Shown here: positions 16,277-24,693 of the stretch, in pieces | Layout: the number at the start of each line of letters is the position of its first letter | Position numbering within the stretch: the first letter of the stretch is position 1 | NCBI GenBank assembly: GCA_963698035.1 | Contig: OY969114.1 | Location: 150,001 to 182,000, forward strand | From: Candidatus Saccharimonadota bacterium | GTDB taxonomy: Archaea > Micrarchaeota > Micrarchaeia > Micrarchaeales > Micrarchaeaceae | Reading direction: 5' to 3' | Length of the DNA: 32,000 bases | Translations under genes and position numbers: made by a program | The notes under the pieces: generated by a model | Seen by the model: the letters and a program-made list of their open reading frames with translations, nothing else | What the model was told of the DNA's origin: nothing | The model's database searches: none

Positions 16277-17074
16277 CTATTTCCTTATCAGCCGTTTTCC
16301 TATCTTGAAGCTGACGCTGCCGTTGGAGAGCTTCTCGCTTACGAACTCAGCGAGGCCCATGTCCTCCGATTCCGACACCGCGACTATCTCGTTGACGAAG
16401 AGCTCCTTCACCATCTCGTCGCCTTCCGGATTTATCACCCCGTTGCCTATCCTCATTATAAGCGATTCCACCTCAGCCATTGAGAGGGATAACCTTGACA
16501 GCGCAGGCTCCCCTGCGCCCTTCAAACCCATGCCCTGCTGCAGTATCTCTATCTTCATGGCTGCCCTGCTCTTCTCGTAGAGGAACCTCACGGGCATCGC
16601 GTGCAGGCTCCTTACTATGGTCGAATAGACCTGGCTTCTCCTCTCTCCGCGCTCCGCCATTATCGCCGGCATGAGCAGAAGGTTGTTCTCTGGCTTGACC
16701 CTCCTGCCTGCAGATCCATTTGAATGGCGCTCTATGTATGCGGACCTGTTTGCACCGTTTATGGTGTAGAAGAGGCTAACGTAGGAGTGCGCCGCAGATG
16801 TTATTGCGGAAAAAAGACCCGATGGCCTGGTCTGCTCATCCGACCCGTAATCCGATGCCAGTAGATATAGCATTGAGAGATGCTTCGCCAGTCCGCTTAT
16901 CCTCTTCCTGGTGTTCGCACTCCTCGCTTCGGCCTTTATGGACGGGTCGGCCATCGCGTGCGATATCGCGTAGAGCATGCTTTTCACCGGAAGCATGTTC
17001 GCGCCCTTCCTCATCTGGACAGGGTCAGCCCTGAAGGTTATCGATTTGGGTGCGCTAGCGCTGGTCCTCTGCAA
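16277..17074 (-). CDS. Hypothetical protein
   Basis: Long ORF with host-like composition. The ORF-track start at 17074 is TTG, and the first ATG is at 17014 (MRKGANMLPV). No motif recognised. Confidence 0.55.
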   Translation of the reverse strand: MQRTSASAPKSITFRADPVQMRKGANMLPVKSMLYAISHAMADPSIKAEARSANTRKRISGLAKHLSMLYLLASDYGSDEQTRPSGLFSAITSAAHSYVSLFYTINGANRSAYIERHSNGSAGRRVKPENNLLLMPAIMAERGERRSQVYSTIVRSLHAMPVRFLYEKSRAAMKIEILQQGMGLKGAGEPALSRLSLSMAEVESLIMRIGNGVINPEGDEMVKELFVNEIVAVSESEDMGLAEFVSEKLSNGSVSFKIGKRLIRK

Positions 17075-17142
17075 TCTACCACGTGGTCGTCAGTGAAGAA
17101 TGGATAATACATCCTATGGTGCTTTTTTAAGCGTTGCGCAAG

Positions 17143-17616
17143 CTACCTATTTGCGCCCCGCCCCGAAATCGCCTCGCTTATCGACTGCCGGTCTATGATC
17201 TTCGCCTTTATCCTGTCGATGTCATCGACCATCCTGAGCCTTGATATGTGCTCAGCCTGGTTCAGCTTGTTCGCGTACGTGTTGTACGCCTTTATCGCTG
17301 CGGAGCATGCATCCCTCTCGTGTGGGTCCTTGATTCCCGACCTCCTCGCAATCTCTCGCTTCTCTTCGACCGATATGTCCCTCTCCGGAAGGTAGAGCCT
17401 CGAGTTGAAGAGTGCGTTGAGCTTCTTTGCGAGGGCCGTTCCGTTCTTCTTGTCGCTCGCGATTATCGAGGGTATGCCTACCTCCCTTATCGACTCAATT
17501 ATCCAAGGCATCCCTGCCGAGCTCCTGTGCGTGCTCAGGATGAGCCTGCCGTCGAGCGTGAGGCATACGACCGCCGATGTCTTACCGGAATCAATTCCCA
17601 CTATTATGTGCGCCAA
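17143..17616 (-). CDS. RNase H-fold (RuvC/YqgF-like) predicted nuclease, DUF460/COG2433-type N-terminal domain
   Basis: HIIVGIDSGKTSAVVCLTLDGRLI...IIASDK...DPHERDACSAAIKAY fits an Asp-containing RNase H-like fold typical of archaeal DUF460. Confidence 0.55.
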   Translation of the reverse strand: MAHIIVGIDSGKTSAVVCLTLDGRLILSTHRSSAGMPWIIESIREVGIPSIIASDKKNGTALAKKLNALFNSRLYLPERDISVEEKREIARRSGIKDPHERDACSAAIKAYNTYANKLNQAEHISRLRMVDDIDRIKAKIIDRQSISEAISGRGANR

Positions 17617-17626
17617 TCAAACAACT

Positions 17627-18664
17627 TCAGCCACTTAGCTGATTAAGGGTGTAGTTTATCGCGTAGGTTACCGTCTGCGGCAGCGAGGAGTACCTGCAGT
17701 CTACTATGAACTGCGGCGTGGAGACCACGCTGTAGAACTGTGCGAGCTGCTCCTGGTGCACCAGGGCGGTTGTGCTGTTCGCAAGGCAGCCGTTGAGCAT
17801 GCCAGGGTTAATTCCTGAGCCGACCGCTGTCTGGTAGAGCGTCTCGTTGTCGAGCGGCTTTCCTGTGAATATCTTGCTGAGGTTTGCAACGTATCCGCCT
17901 ATCATCTGCTGTGCAGACGAGCAGTAGAGGTACTTGCCGAGCAGTTGCGTCTGGTAGGTGCCGTAGCCCTGGTAGAAACTGGATGAATAGTTTGTGAATA
18001 TGAACTGGTAGCTGACGTTCAGCTTGTTCGGGTAGATGGAAGGGAGGTTTACCGCCTTTGCTATTCCGGCGAACGCGCCAGGGGCGTATGGGTCAGTGAT
18101 CATATAGACAGGAATTGGCGTAGTTGTCTGGCAGAGGACCTTGCTTCCTATCTGCACAGTGCCAAGCGAAACAACGCTGTTGTTGCCCATTATCGAAGGG
18201 GTTACGGTCTGCAGGTATGCACGCTGGAGGGAGAGGCTATTGCCTGACAACGATATGGAGATATAGAAGGTGGCATTGTTGTCCAGCGGGTCTATGTAAG
18301 GTACGGTAACAAGCCACGAGCTCTGGTTCTGCACGTACGACACGTTGGCCCTGTTCGGCTCGGAGTAGTAGGGCAGCAGCGAGAGCGACGAGTTAATGTA
18401 TGCGTAATTGGCCAGTACCTTCTCGGCTGCAGCGAGTGCCTGTGACGAGTTGTATGCCGGGACGTAGCAGGTGCCGTTCACCAACCCGTAGGAGCACCCT
18501 TTTATCACAATGCCCTGCTTGAAGAGTGCCAGGGAGAAGGCGAGCGCTATGAGCACCACCACCAGCGCGATAAGCGCTATGTGGAGATAGTCAAGTCCGC
18601 CCCACCTGGTCGCAGGCTTGACGAGGAAGACCGGCTCCTTAGCCTTGCTCTTTTTCTCTGCCAT
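17627..18664 (-). CDS. Membrane-anchored extracellular protein rich in N-glycosylation sequons
   Basis: N-terminal TM helix LHIALIALVVVLIALAFSLALF followed by a Ser/Thr/Asn-rich ectodomain with many NxS/T sites. Confidence 0.65.
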   Translation of the reverse strand: MAEKKSKAKEPVFLVKPATRWGGLDYLHIALIALVVVLIALAFSLALFKQGIVIKGCSYGLVNGTCYVPAYNSSQALAAAEKVLANYAYINSSLSLLPYYSEPNRANVSYVQNQSSWLVTVPYIDPLDNNATFYISISLSGNSLSLQRAYLQTVTPSIMGNNSVVSLGTVQIGSKVLCQTTTPIPVYMITDPYAPGAFAGIAKAVNLPSIYPNKLNVSYQFIFTNYSSSFYQGYGTYQTQLLGKYLYCSSAQQMIGGYVANLSKIFTGKPLDNETLYQTAVGSGINPGMLNGCLANSTTALVHQEQLAQFYSVVSTPQFIVDCRYSSLPQTVTYAINYTLNQLSG

Positions 18665-18680
18665 TTTATTACCTAAAGTT

Positions 18681-18773
18681 CGGGCTCGGCGGGATTTTCA
18701 TATATAATATAATTTGAACCCGCGGCCTATGTCTTAGGAGGACATCGCTCTATCCAAGCTGAGCTACGAGCCC
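18681..18773 (-). tRNA. tRNA-Arg(CCU) carrying an 18-nt insertion (putative non-canonical intron) in the T-loop
   Basis: Acceptor GGGCTCG/CGAGCCC, D stem GCTC/GAGC, anticodon stem ATGTC/GACAT, loop CTCCTAA, T stem GCGGG/CCCGC. The T stem encloses 25 nt (TTCAAATTATATTATATATGAAAAT) instead of 7. Mature length would be 75 nt. Confidence 0.8.
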
Positions 18774-18897
18774 CTTACAGAATTGCAACAGATAACTATT
18801 AATTAGTGATGGAGGGGTGTTTCCGTTATGGAGCAATTGGTTGCCGTAGTGGATGAAAGATTTAAATTGCTTGAGGCAGTGATGCTTTGGGGATAGA

Positions 18898-19380
18898 ATG
18901 GCGGACAGGAAAGCCTTGATAATAATAGCGGTACTGGTAGTCATAATTGCGGTTATCGCCGTATTGGCTCTTAGTCTATATATTCCTACCGCGTCCAAAG
19001 TTACTTCACCAATATGCGTAGCGACAGTAGGATACACTTGCAGCTCTCCGGTGCTGTATAACGGCACCCTTACTGCATTGATTGGTCAGTCGACCGGCAC
19101 GCAGTGGGTTCAGGCAAACATATTCTTCGTAATAGCTGGAAGCCCAACTCCGACAGCTGTGCCTCCATTGCCTTGCGAGCAGGGAGTTTCAACAAGCTGG
19201 CCGTCAGGGGGAACGGTAAACGTAACGCTCAACGACTACAGCAACTCCAACACGTGCGCAGGATTCCCGAAGACGGCAGGCCAGTCCTTCACCGGAACAG
19301 TGTGGGTGGGTTACAGGACCTCTTTGAACGGCGAGGAGCAGATAGTGCAGATTGGCACGATAAGCGTGGCATCAAGCTGA
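18898..19380 (+). CDS. Small membrane-anchored extracellular protein
   Basis: N-terminal TM helix ALIIIAVLVVIIAVIAVLAL followed by a Cys-, Thr- and Gly-rich ectodomain. Confidence 0.6.
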   Translation: MADRKALIIIAVLVVIIAVIAVLALSLYIPTASKVTSPICVATVGYTCSSPVLYNGTLTALIGQSTGTQWVQANIFFVIAGSPTPTAVPPLPCEQGVSTSWPSGGTVNVTLNDYSNSNTCAGFPKTAGQSFTGTVWVGYRTSLNGEEQIVQIGTISVASS

Positions 19381-19384
19381 TTGC

Positions 19385-19861
19385 ATGGGGACGAACTGGG
19401 AGAATAACTTTAAGGAGCGCCTCTACAAAGGCCTTGACTCTGCCAATGTCAAGCCCGCGCAGATACCGTCATGCATAGCCAGGATGGACGCAGCCTTGAG
19501 CAGCACCTACTCCAAGACGACGACAGGACTCGAGCTCAATCTTAAGGAGTGCGAGAGGTCCTTTAACCTCATAAGGAACATCTCAATATCGGTAATGAGG
19601 TTGGGAGGGCTAACCGAGTCCGAGGTGCTGGACATCTGTTATAGAATGGGAGTCAAAAAGAACAGGGAGTACGGCGACCAGAACATACTGAAGTTCGGCA
19701 TAGTGGGGATAGTGGTCAGGCTTGCTGACAAGATCGGGCGGCTGAAGACCTTGGTCGGGAAGGACTCCTCGCTGAAGGCAGAAGCCGCAGCTGATGCTCT
19801 GCTGGACATAATAAACTATACAGCATACGGCGAGATGCTCTGCAACTCCATCTGGGAGTGA
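19385..19861 (+). CDS. DUF1599-like (nucleotide-modification-associated domain 1) protein
   Basis: KKNREYGDQNILKFGIVGIVVRLADKIGRLKTLV...DALLDIINYTAY resembles the DUF1599 pattern (KNxDYG...G..G...R..DK..R...D.l.D..nY). Confidence 0.45.
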   Translation: MGTNWENNFKERLYKGLDSANVKPAQIPSCIARMDAALSSTYSKTTTGLELNLKECERSFNLIRNISISVMRLGGLTESEVLDICYRMGVKKNREYGDQNILKFGIVGIVVRLADKIGRLKTLVGKDSSLKAEAAADALLDIINYTAYGEMLCNSIWE

Positions 19862-21784
19862 CTACATCCTCTTAAGCGTCGGTATTCCCAGAAGCGAGAG
19901 CGAATATGCTATAGTGTTGGCGAACGCCTTAACGAGGACGAGCCTCGTTTCCTTCTCCTTCTGACTCTTTGCCTTCAGTATCGGCACCTGGTCGTAGAAC
20001 TTGCTGAAGCAGGATGAGAGCTCATCACAATAGTCGGTAATTACGTTGGGACGCAGCTCTGCGCGAGCCTTCTCCGCGATCCACTGCGCCATCGATATCG
20101 CCTTTATGAGCGCGAACTCTGCGTCGCCTACCAGCATTGAGCTGTCGAAATCTGTGCCCACTTTGGTGCCAGAGTCCTCAAGCAACCTGTTCGCCCTTGC
20201 GAACATGTACTGCGAGTACGGGCCCGAGTTGCCCTCGAAGTTTAGCGCCCTTTCCCACGAGAATACGATCTTCTTCTCTGGGGATATCTTCAGGAACTCG
20301 AACTTTATCGCGCCGAGGGCGACCTTCGTCGCTATATCTTCGCGCTCGTCATTTGGAATCTTCGAACTCTCCTTTATCAGCGTGGCCGCGCGCTCCTTCG
20401 CCTCCCTGAGAAGGTCGTCGGCGGTGTAGCCGAGCCACGTCCCCTTCCTTCCGGAGATGGAGCCGCTCTCTAGCTCTACTACTCCATATGCGAGGTGCTT
20501 CAGCATCCTGCTGCGCGCTGCTTCAGATATGCAGTCTATAATTACGCGGACTAAAGCCTGCTCGAAGCTCTGCTTCGTGTCTATCGGGTTTATCACCGTG
20601 CTTGCGCCACCGAACTCCATCTGCCTGCCATCCTCCCCGGTGGAATACAGTGGCCTGCCGTCTGGCTGCGCCTCCATGAATTTCCTGAACCTGAAGTCGT
20701 TTTCTATCAAGCCGAGCTTCCACATATGGAATGCTATGTCCTTAGCTATGTAGTTTGGAGTCCCGTTGCTCCTTACCAGCACCTTCGCCTCCTCCCTCAG
20801 CCCCTGCAGCTCCTTCGGCAGGTTCTTCAGGTCTGCCAGCTCTATCACTGCACAGCCCTTGTACTTTCCAGAGTCGGGCCTCTTTATCAGCTTCTTCTGG
20901 TCGAGTATGTGCAGCGCCTTATCTAGTAACTTTCCACGGACTATGTCGCTCTCCCATATCATAACGTCGTGGTAGATGCCAAACGCGAACGCGGTCTCAT
21001 ACTGCGCGTTGACGCAAGATTCGGCCAGCTCTCTCGCCACCTTTGATTCGTAGGTATCGCCCTGGTCCATCAGATGCAAGACCTTATTCACCTGCTCCAT
21101 AGTATCGGGCTTCTGGTCTATGAGCCTGTTCACCGCAACGTAGACCTCGCCTATTGCGTGGTCCCCCTTCCTCTGCTTGCCCTGCTCTACGCTTATCCTG
21201 TCGATGTTTATCGTACCCCAGACGGCCTCTGCGCATTGCAGTCCGAGATCGTCTATGTAGTCTTCGCGCTCCACAGGATAGCCACATGCGCTGTACAGCT
21301 TTGCGACAGAGTCGCCGAGAAGCGCGTTTCTGAGGTGGCCGATGTGCCAGGGGTGGGCAGGATTAACGCTCGGAAATTCGACGATTACCTTGCTGCTGCC
21401 CGGTTTTTTTGACGGTGCGTAATCTCCTGCGAGCGCGTACCGGAGCGTCTCGGATGAAAATGCCTTGCGGTCTATCTGGAAGTTTATGAAGCCGTTGTCT
21501 GCGGTCATATTGCCGACCATCTCGGGCTTGGAGATCTTAGAGAGTATCGACGTGGCGACCTCCTGGGGCGGCTTCTTCGCGGTGCCGGATATCCTGAACG
21601 CTATAGAGCACGAGATGTCTCCCTGCCCTTTTGATGGGGTTATCGAGTTCGCAAGGCCTTCGCGGTCGTACCTCAGGGATGAGAGGGCGCTGCCGAGTGC
21701 CGCCTCTATCGACGAAATGAGCCTCGAATACGGTGAATCTGCCATTGCCTTGCCTCGCATTACAAATCCTTTTAAGCTTTCCAT
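19862..21784 (-). CDS. argS: Arginyl-tRNA synthetase
   Basis: Class I HIGH motif (NPAHPWHIGHLRNALLGDS), the ArgRS-typical core, and a C-terminal DALR-type anticodon-binding region. Alternative in-frame ATGs exist at aa 9 and aa 14. Confidence 0.92.
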   Translation of the reverse strand: MESLKGFVMRGKAMADSPYSRLISSIEAALGSALSSLRYDREGLANSITPSKGQGDISCSIAFRISGTAKKPPQEVATSILSKISKPEMVGNMTADNGFINFQIDRKAFSSETLRYALAGDYAPSKKPGSSKVIVEFPSVNPAHPWHIGHLRNALLGDSVAKLYSACGYPVEREDYIDDLGLQCAEAVWGTINIDRISVEQGKQRKGDHAIGEVYVAVNRLIDQKPDTMEQVNKVLHLMDQGDTYESKVARELAESCVNAQYETAFAFGIYHDVMIWESDIVRGKLLDKALHILDQKKLIKRPDSGKYKGCAVIELADLKNLPKELQGLREEAKVLVRSNGTPNYIAKDIAFHMWKLGLIENDFRFRKFMEAQPDGRPLYSTGEDGRQMEFGGASTVINPIDTKQSFEQALVRVIIDCISEAARSRMLKHLAYGVVELESGSISGRKGTWLGYTADDLLREAKERAATLIKESSKIPNDEREDIATKVALGAIKFEFLKISPEKKIVFSWERALNFEGNSGPYSQYMFARANRLLEDSGTKVGTDFDSSMLVGDAEFALIKAISMAQWIAEKARAELRPNVITDYCDELSSCFSKFYDQVPILKAKSQKEKETRLVLVKAFANTIAYSLSLLGIPTLKRM

Positions 21785-21831
21785 GGCCTAATATACCTGT
21801 AAACTATAAATTCTTATCTTCTGGGGGTAAA

Positions 21832-22710
21832 GTGGCTAAGATCTACAAAGCGAACAACAAGCTGGTCATCAACCTGCCATTCGACATGGTGATGCAGCTC
21901 GGGCTGAAGGAGGGCGACGAGCTGGACTTCTTCAAACACGACGACTACTTTATAGTTGCTAAGAAGAGCGATATAGCCAACATGCTTACCATGAAGCAGC
22001 CTCCAGAGGCGCAGAGGACGGGTTCGCCGAGTGGTGCATCTGCCCCAAACGAGAGGGAAATCACGCTGCTGAAGAAGATGGACACGGTAAGGTACAACGA
22101 GAGGACAAAGGCAAGGATCGCGTCCATGCTGACGGCCGAGGAGAGGAAGATTGTGGCCGGGATGATAAAGAAGAAATTCGTGGAGCTCTTCAAGAAAAGC
22201 GGCGAGACAGAATACAAGTTCAGCATACCCAGGGGGATATACCAGAATTACCTGATGAGAAAAGGAGTGCGCCCTGTGAGCGCACCGGTCGTGCAGGCAC
22301 CTGTCGTGCAGCAGAAGCAGAGGGAGGCGCCGCAGCCTCAGCAGAAGAGATGGGAGCAGACGATAGACTCGGGCAGCGGATACCTGAAGCTCCTCGAGAC
22401 GCAGGGATATCTTGTGATACCGACAGAGGCGGAGGCGGCTGCGGCATCGCTAGCGCTGGAAGAGAGCATAAGGCACGGCATGGTTATCGGCACCAGGGCA
22501 TTCAACAAGAAGTTCTATATTGCAATGAAGAACTTCGTGGCAAAGTCGTTCCCGAAGATAGGTAAGCTCATAGGCCTCAAGGGGGTATCGGTATCTGAGA
22601 TATCGAAGGAAACCGGGATAGACGAGGATGGAGTAAGGTCGGTCCTCTATATAATGGCTGAGAGCGGGGACGTGACAGAGGTAAGGAGGGACGTCTTCAA
22701 GGCGACCTGA
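21832..22710 (+). CDS. AbrB/SpoVT-domain protein with a C-terminal winged-helix-like region
   Basis: GTG 21832 is preceded by gggggtaaa. KLVINLPFDMVMQLGLKEGDELDFFKHDDYFIVAKK is a swapped-hairpin AbrB pattern. The ORF-track start at 21733 would overlap argS. Confidence 0.6.
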   Translation: MAKIYKANNKLVINLPFDMVMQLGLKEGDELDFFKHDDYFIVAKKSDIANMLTMKQPPEAQRTGSPSGASAPNEREITLLKKMDTVRYNERTKARIASMLTAEERKIVAGMIKKKFVELFKKSGETEYKFSIPRGIYQNYLMRKGVRPVSAPVVQAPVVQQKQREAPQPQQKRWEQTIDSGSGYLKLLETQGYLVIPTEAEAAAASLALEESIRHGMVIGTRAFNKKFYIAMKNFVAKSFPKIGKLIGLKGVSVSEISKETGIDEDGVRSVLYIMAESGDVTEVRRDVFKAT

Positions 22711-22714
22711 TCGA

Positions 22715-22870
22715 TTAGTAGTAGATGAAGTGGTTAAGGAGCAGTATTATTATAGCGAACACAGCTACCGCTATTATTATTATCTTTGGATTTATCTTCG
22801 GCCCTTTGGTCGGGGCGTCGTAAAAGCTCATGACTCCGGCCTGGGACTGCGGGGTCTGCAATAGCGCCAT
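22715..22870 (-). CDS. secG: Preprotein translocase Sec61 beta subunit (archaeal SecG), 51 aa; absent from the supplied ORF track
   Basis: Own translation: MALLQTPQSQAGVMSFYDAPTKGPKINPKIIIIAVAVFAIIILLLNHFIYY. It matches the Sec61beta pattern (..aG(l/v)m.fyd....gpki.P, then a C-terminal TM anchor). Confidence 0.7.
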   Translation of the reverse strand: MALLQTPQSQAGVMSFYDAPTKGPKINPKIIIIAVAVFAIIILLLNHFIYY

Positions 22871-22971
22871 TTGATTACCAAGCATAATACGCGGGGAATA
22901 TTTAAAACGCTATGTGTTCGGCACGCTGTCTTTTTATTCTTTAGTTACGTACTCTAATCTACTGTGTTCCG

Positions 22972-23508
22972 ATGGAGCCAAAGACAGCACAAAGCGAGCC
23001 TGGCAAGGAGCTGGTAGATACAGTTGCAAAGCCGGGTTTCCTTGGCCTCGGCGAGAAGGAGTCCGTAAGCATAGTCAGGCCGATGACGTTCTGGATAGGC
23101 GTGCTGCTGCTGGGGCTCATTTTTACCTTCGTGCTTGCACCGATAACGAAGGCCTACACGCCTAACTACTTCGCTTCTATAGGAAGGTTCATACTTTATC
23201 AGCCAGGGGCGATAATACTGCCGCTTATAGTGGCGGTGTGGATGAGCGAGAAGATCGGCATATTCAAGACCGGCCCGCACGTTGCAGTCAAGACCGCCTT
23301 GCTCAACGCGGTCTACATAGCAGCAATCTATGTGATAGCGATATTCATAATTTACCTGATAGGCAATTACTTCGGGCCCGGCGTGCTGCCGACCGCTTTC
23401 ACGCTCAACGGCTTCGTGATAAACCTGGTAGTGGTGCCTGCGGCAATAGTAATTGCGCTGATACCCTTCCTTTCAATGCTATCGGCAGCGAGGCACTCGG
23501 CCGCATAA
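22972..23508 (+). CDS. Integral membrane protein (about 5 TM helices), unknown function
   Basis: Several hydrophobic helices (FWIGVLLLGLIFTFVLAPI, AIILPLIVAVWM, AVYIAAIYVIAIFIIYLIG, LVVVPAAIVIALIPFL). Confidence 0.65.
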   Translation: MEPKTAQSEPGKELVDTVAKPGFLGLGEKESVSIVRPMTFWIGVLLLGLIFTFVLAPITKAYTPNYFASIGRFILYQPGAIILPLIVAVWMSEKIGIFKTGPHVAVKTALLNAVYIAAIYVIAIFIIYLIGNYFGPGVLPTAFTLNGFVINLVVVPAAIVIALIPFLSMLSAARHSAA

Positions 23509-23510
23509 GC

Positions 23511-24692
23511 TCACTTCTGCTTAGCCGAACTGACTACCTTTATCACGTCGTTGTCCTTGAGCACGTACTCCTTCGATAGCCGCATCTTCGTCCTCGCGTC
23601 TATCGCATAGAGCATACCCTTCGCTATGTCGGTGTGTATCGCGTGGGCGAGGTCGAGCGTGGTGGATCCCTTCCTTATCAGTATTGCGTCAGGCAAGACA
23701 TTACCGGAGTGGTCTGTGTAGTTGCCTTCGTCCTCTACTGGATATACTATTATGTTGTCCAGGATCTCAAGGTATATCCTGTCTATTATCTGCTGGACGC
23801 CGGTGCCCCTTTCCTTCACGAACTTCGCCATGTATTCGAGCGCGGAGGACTGCTCCTTTAGGATTCCCTCCTTGAGCAGCTTCACGGAATTCTCGTCGGG
23901 ATTGTAGCTTATCAATCCCCGCTTTGCGGCTTTCCTCAGCGCGAGCTCAATCGCTGCGGAGCAGGCGACCACCTGCCTATCGCCAAACTCCTTTTTGAGG
24001 GCGCCTGTTTTTGCCCCCGATTCCGGAAGATCTGACTTGTTCGCGGCTATTAGGAACGGCTTTGCCCCGGACATGAGCACCGCGGAGAATTTATATATAT
24101 CCTCGTTTGACCAAGAGAGCTTCGCTGCAGAGAGGCCACACTTTAGGAGAGCGTTCTCTATCTGCACTCTATTTATCTTCAGACCTGCGAGCACCTCCTC
24201 AAGAGACTGGATGCCGCCCTTAGATTTTGAGAGGGAGGGCATGTGCCTGCCGATTATCCCGGCTAGCCATGCGACCATCTCGTCTGTTACCATCTTGACA
24301 TCGTCAGCGGGGTCGCATCCGATGCATGGACTGCCGCCCGTGTCGGTCCTGCCGCTTGCGTCGACAACGATGATCAGCGCGTCGGCTGCGGATAGGTCGT
24401 TGAGGAATTGATTTCCCATTCCCTTGCCCTGGTGCGCGCCCTCCACAAGGCCTGCCACGTCTATCAGCCTGACAGGTATCATCCTCGTCCCGTCAACGCA
24501 GCTTGAGTTCTGCGGGTTGCATTTTACTCCCAGCTCACTGTCAACGCAGCGCTTGGTTATGTAGGCGGTGCCCATGTTCGGCTTTATCGTGGTGAACGGA
24601 TAATCGGCTATCTGGACGTCGATCATGGTGAGCGCGGAGAAGAGTGTGCTCTTGCCCTTGTTCGGCGCACCTATTATCCCTGCAAGCATCAA
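23511..24692 (-). CDS. Obg/YchF-family GTP-binding protein with a C-terminal TGS domain
   Basis: G1 GAPNKGKST, G2 YPFTT, G3 DVAGLVEGAHQGKGMGNQFL, G4 NKSD. The TGS-like end is GSTTLDLAHAIHTDIAKG...LKDNDVIKVVS. Confidence 0.85.
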   Translation of the reverse strand: MMLAGIIGAPNKGKSTLFSALTMIDVQIADYPFTTIKPNMGTAYITKRCVDSELGVKCNPQNSSCVDGTRMIPVRLIDVAGLVEGAHQGKGMGNQFLNDLSAADALIIVVDASGRTDTGGSPCIGCDPADDVKMVTDEMVAWLAGIIGRHMPSLSKSKGGIQSLEEVLAGLKINRVQIENALLKCGLSAAKLSWSNEDIYKFSAVLMSGAKPFLIAANKSDLPESGAKTGALKKEFGDRQVVACSAAIELALRKAAKRGLISYNPDENSVKLLKEGILKEQSSALEYMAKFVKERGTGVQQIIDRIYLEILDNIIVYPVEDEGNYTDHSGNVLPDAILIRKGSTTLDLAHAIHTDIAKGMLYAIDARTKMRLSKEYVLKDNDVIKVVSSAKQK

Positions 24693-24693
24693 A

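Noticed and set aside
16305-17107. Four plus-strand ORFs overlapping 16277..17074
   Set aside because: They are shadow ORFs typical of GC-rich coding DNA. They overlap each other and have no motifs.
17143-17616. DUF460 gene and downstream ORF 16277..17074 as two halves of one split COG2433 gene
   Set aside because: Some archaeal COG2433 proteins are much longer, so this is plausible. However, I cannot recognise any COG2433 C-terminal motif in the 265-aa ORF, and the two are separated by 68 nt, so the two ORFs are called separately.
18750-19067. Minus-strand ORF of 105 aa
   Set aside because: Its 3' end overlaps tRNA-Arg and its 5' part is antisense to the 18898..19380 gene. It is most likely spurious.
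20046-21791. Numerous ORFs on both strands inside argS (for example 20046..20429, 21074..21412, 21465..21791)
   Set aside because: All overlap the well-supported ArgRS frame and have Ser-, Pro- and Arg-rich composition with no recognisable domains.
21733-21831. ORF-track start of the AbrB-domain gene at 21733
   Set aside because: It would overlap the 5' end of argS on the opposite strand by about 50 nt. A GTG at 21832 with an upstream G-rich stretch begins exactly at the AbrB-like fold.
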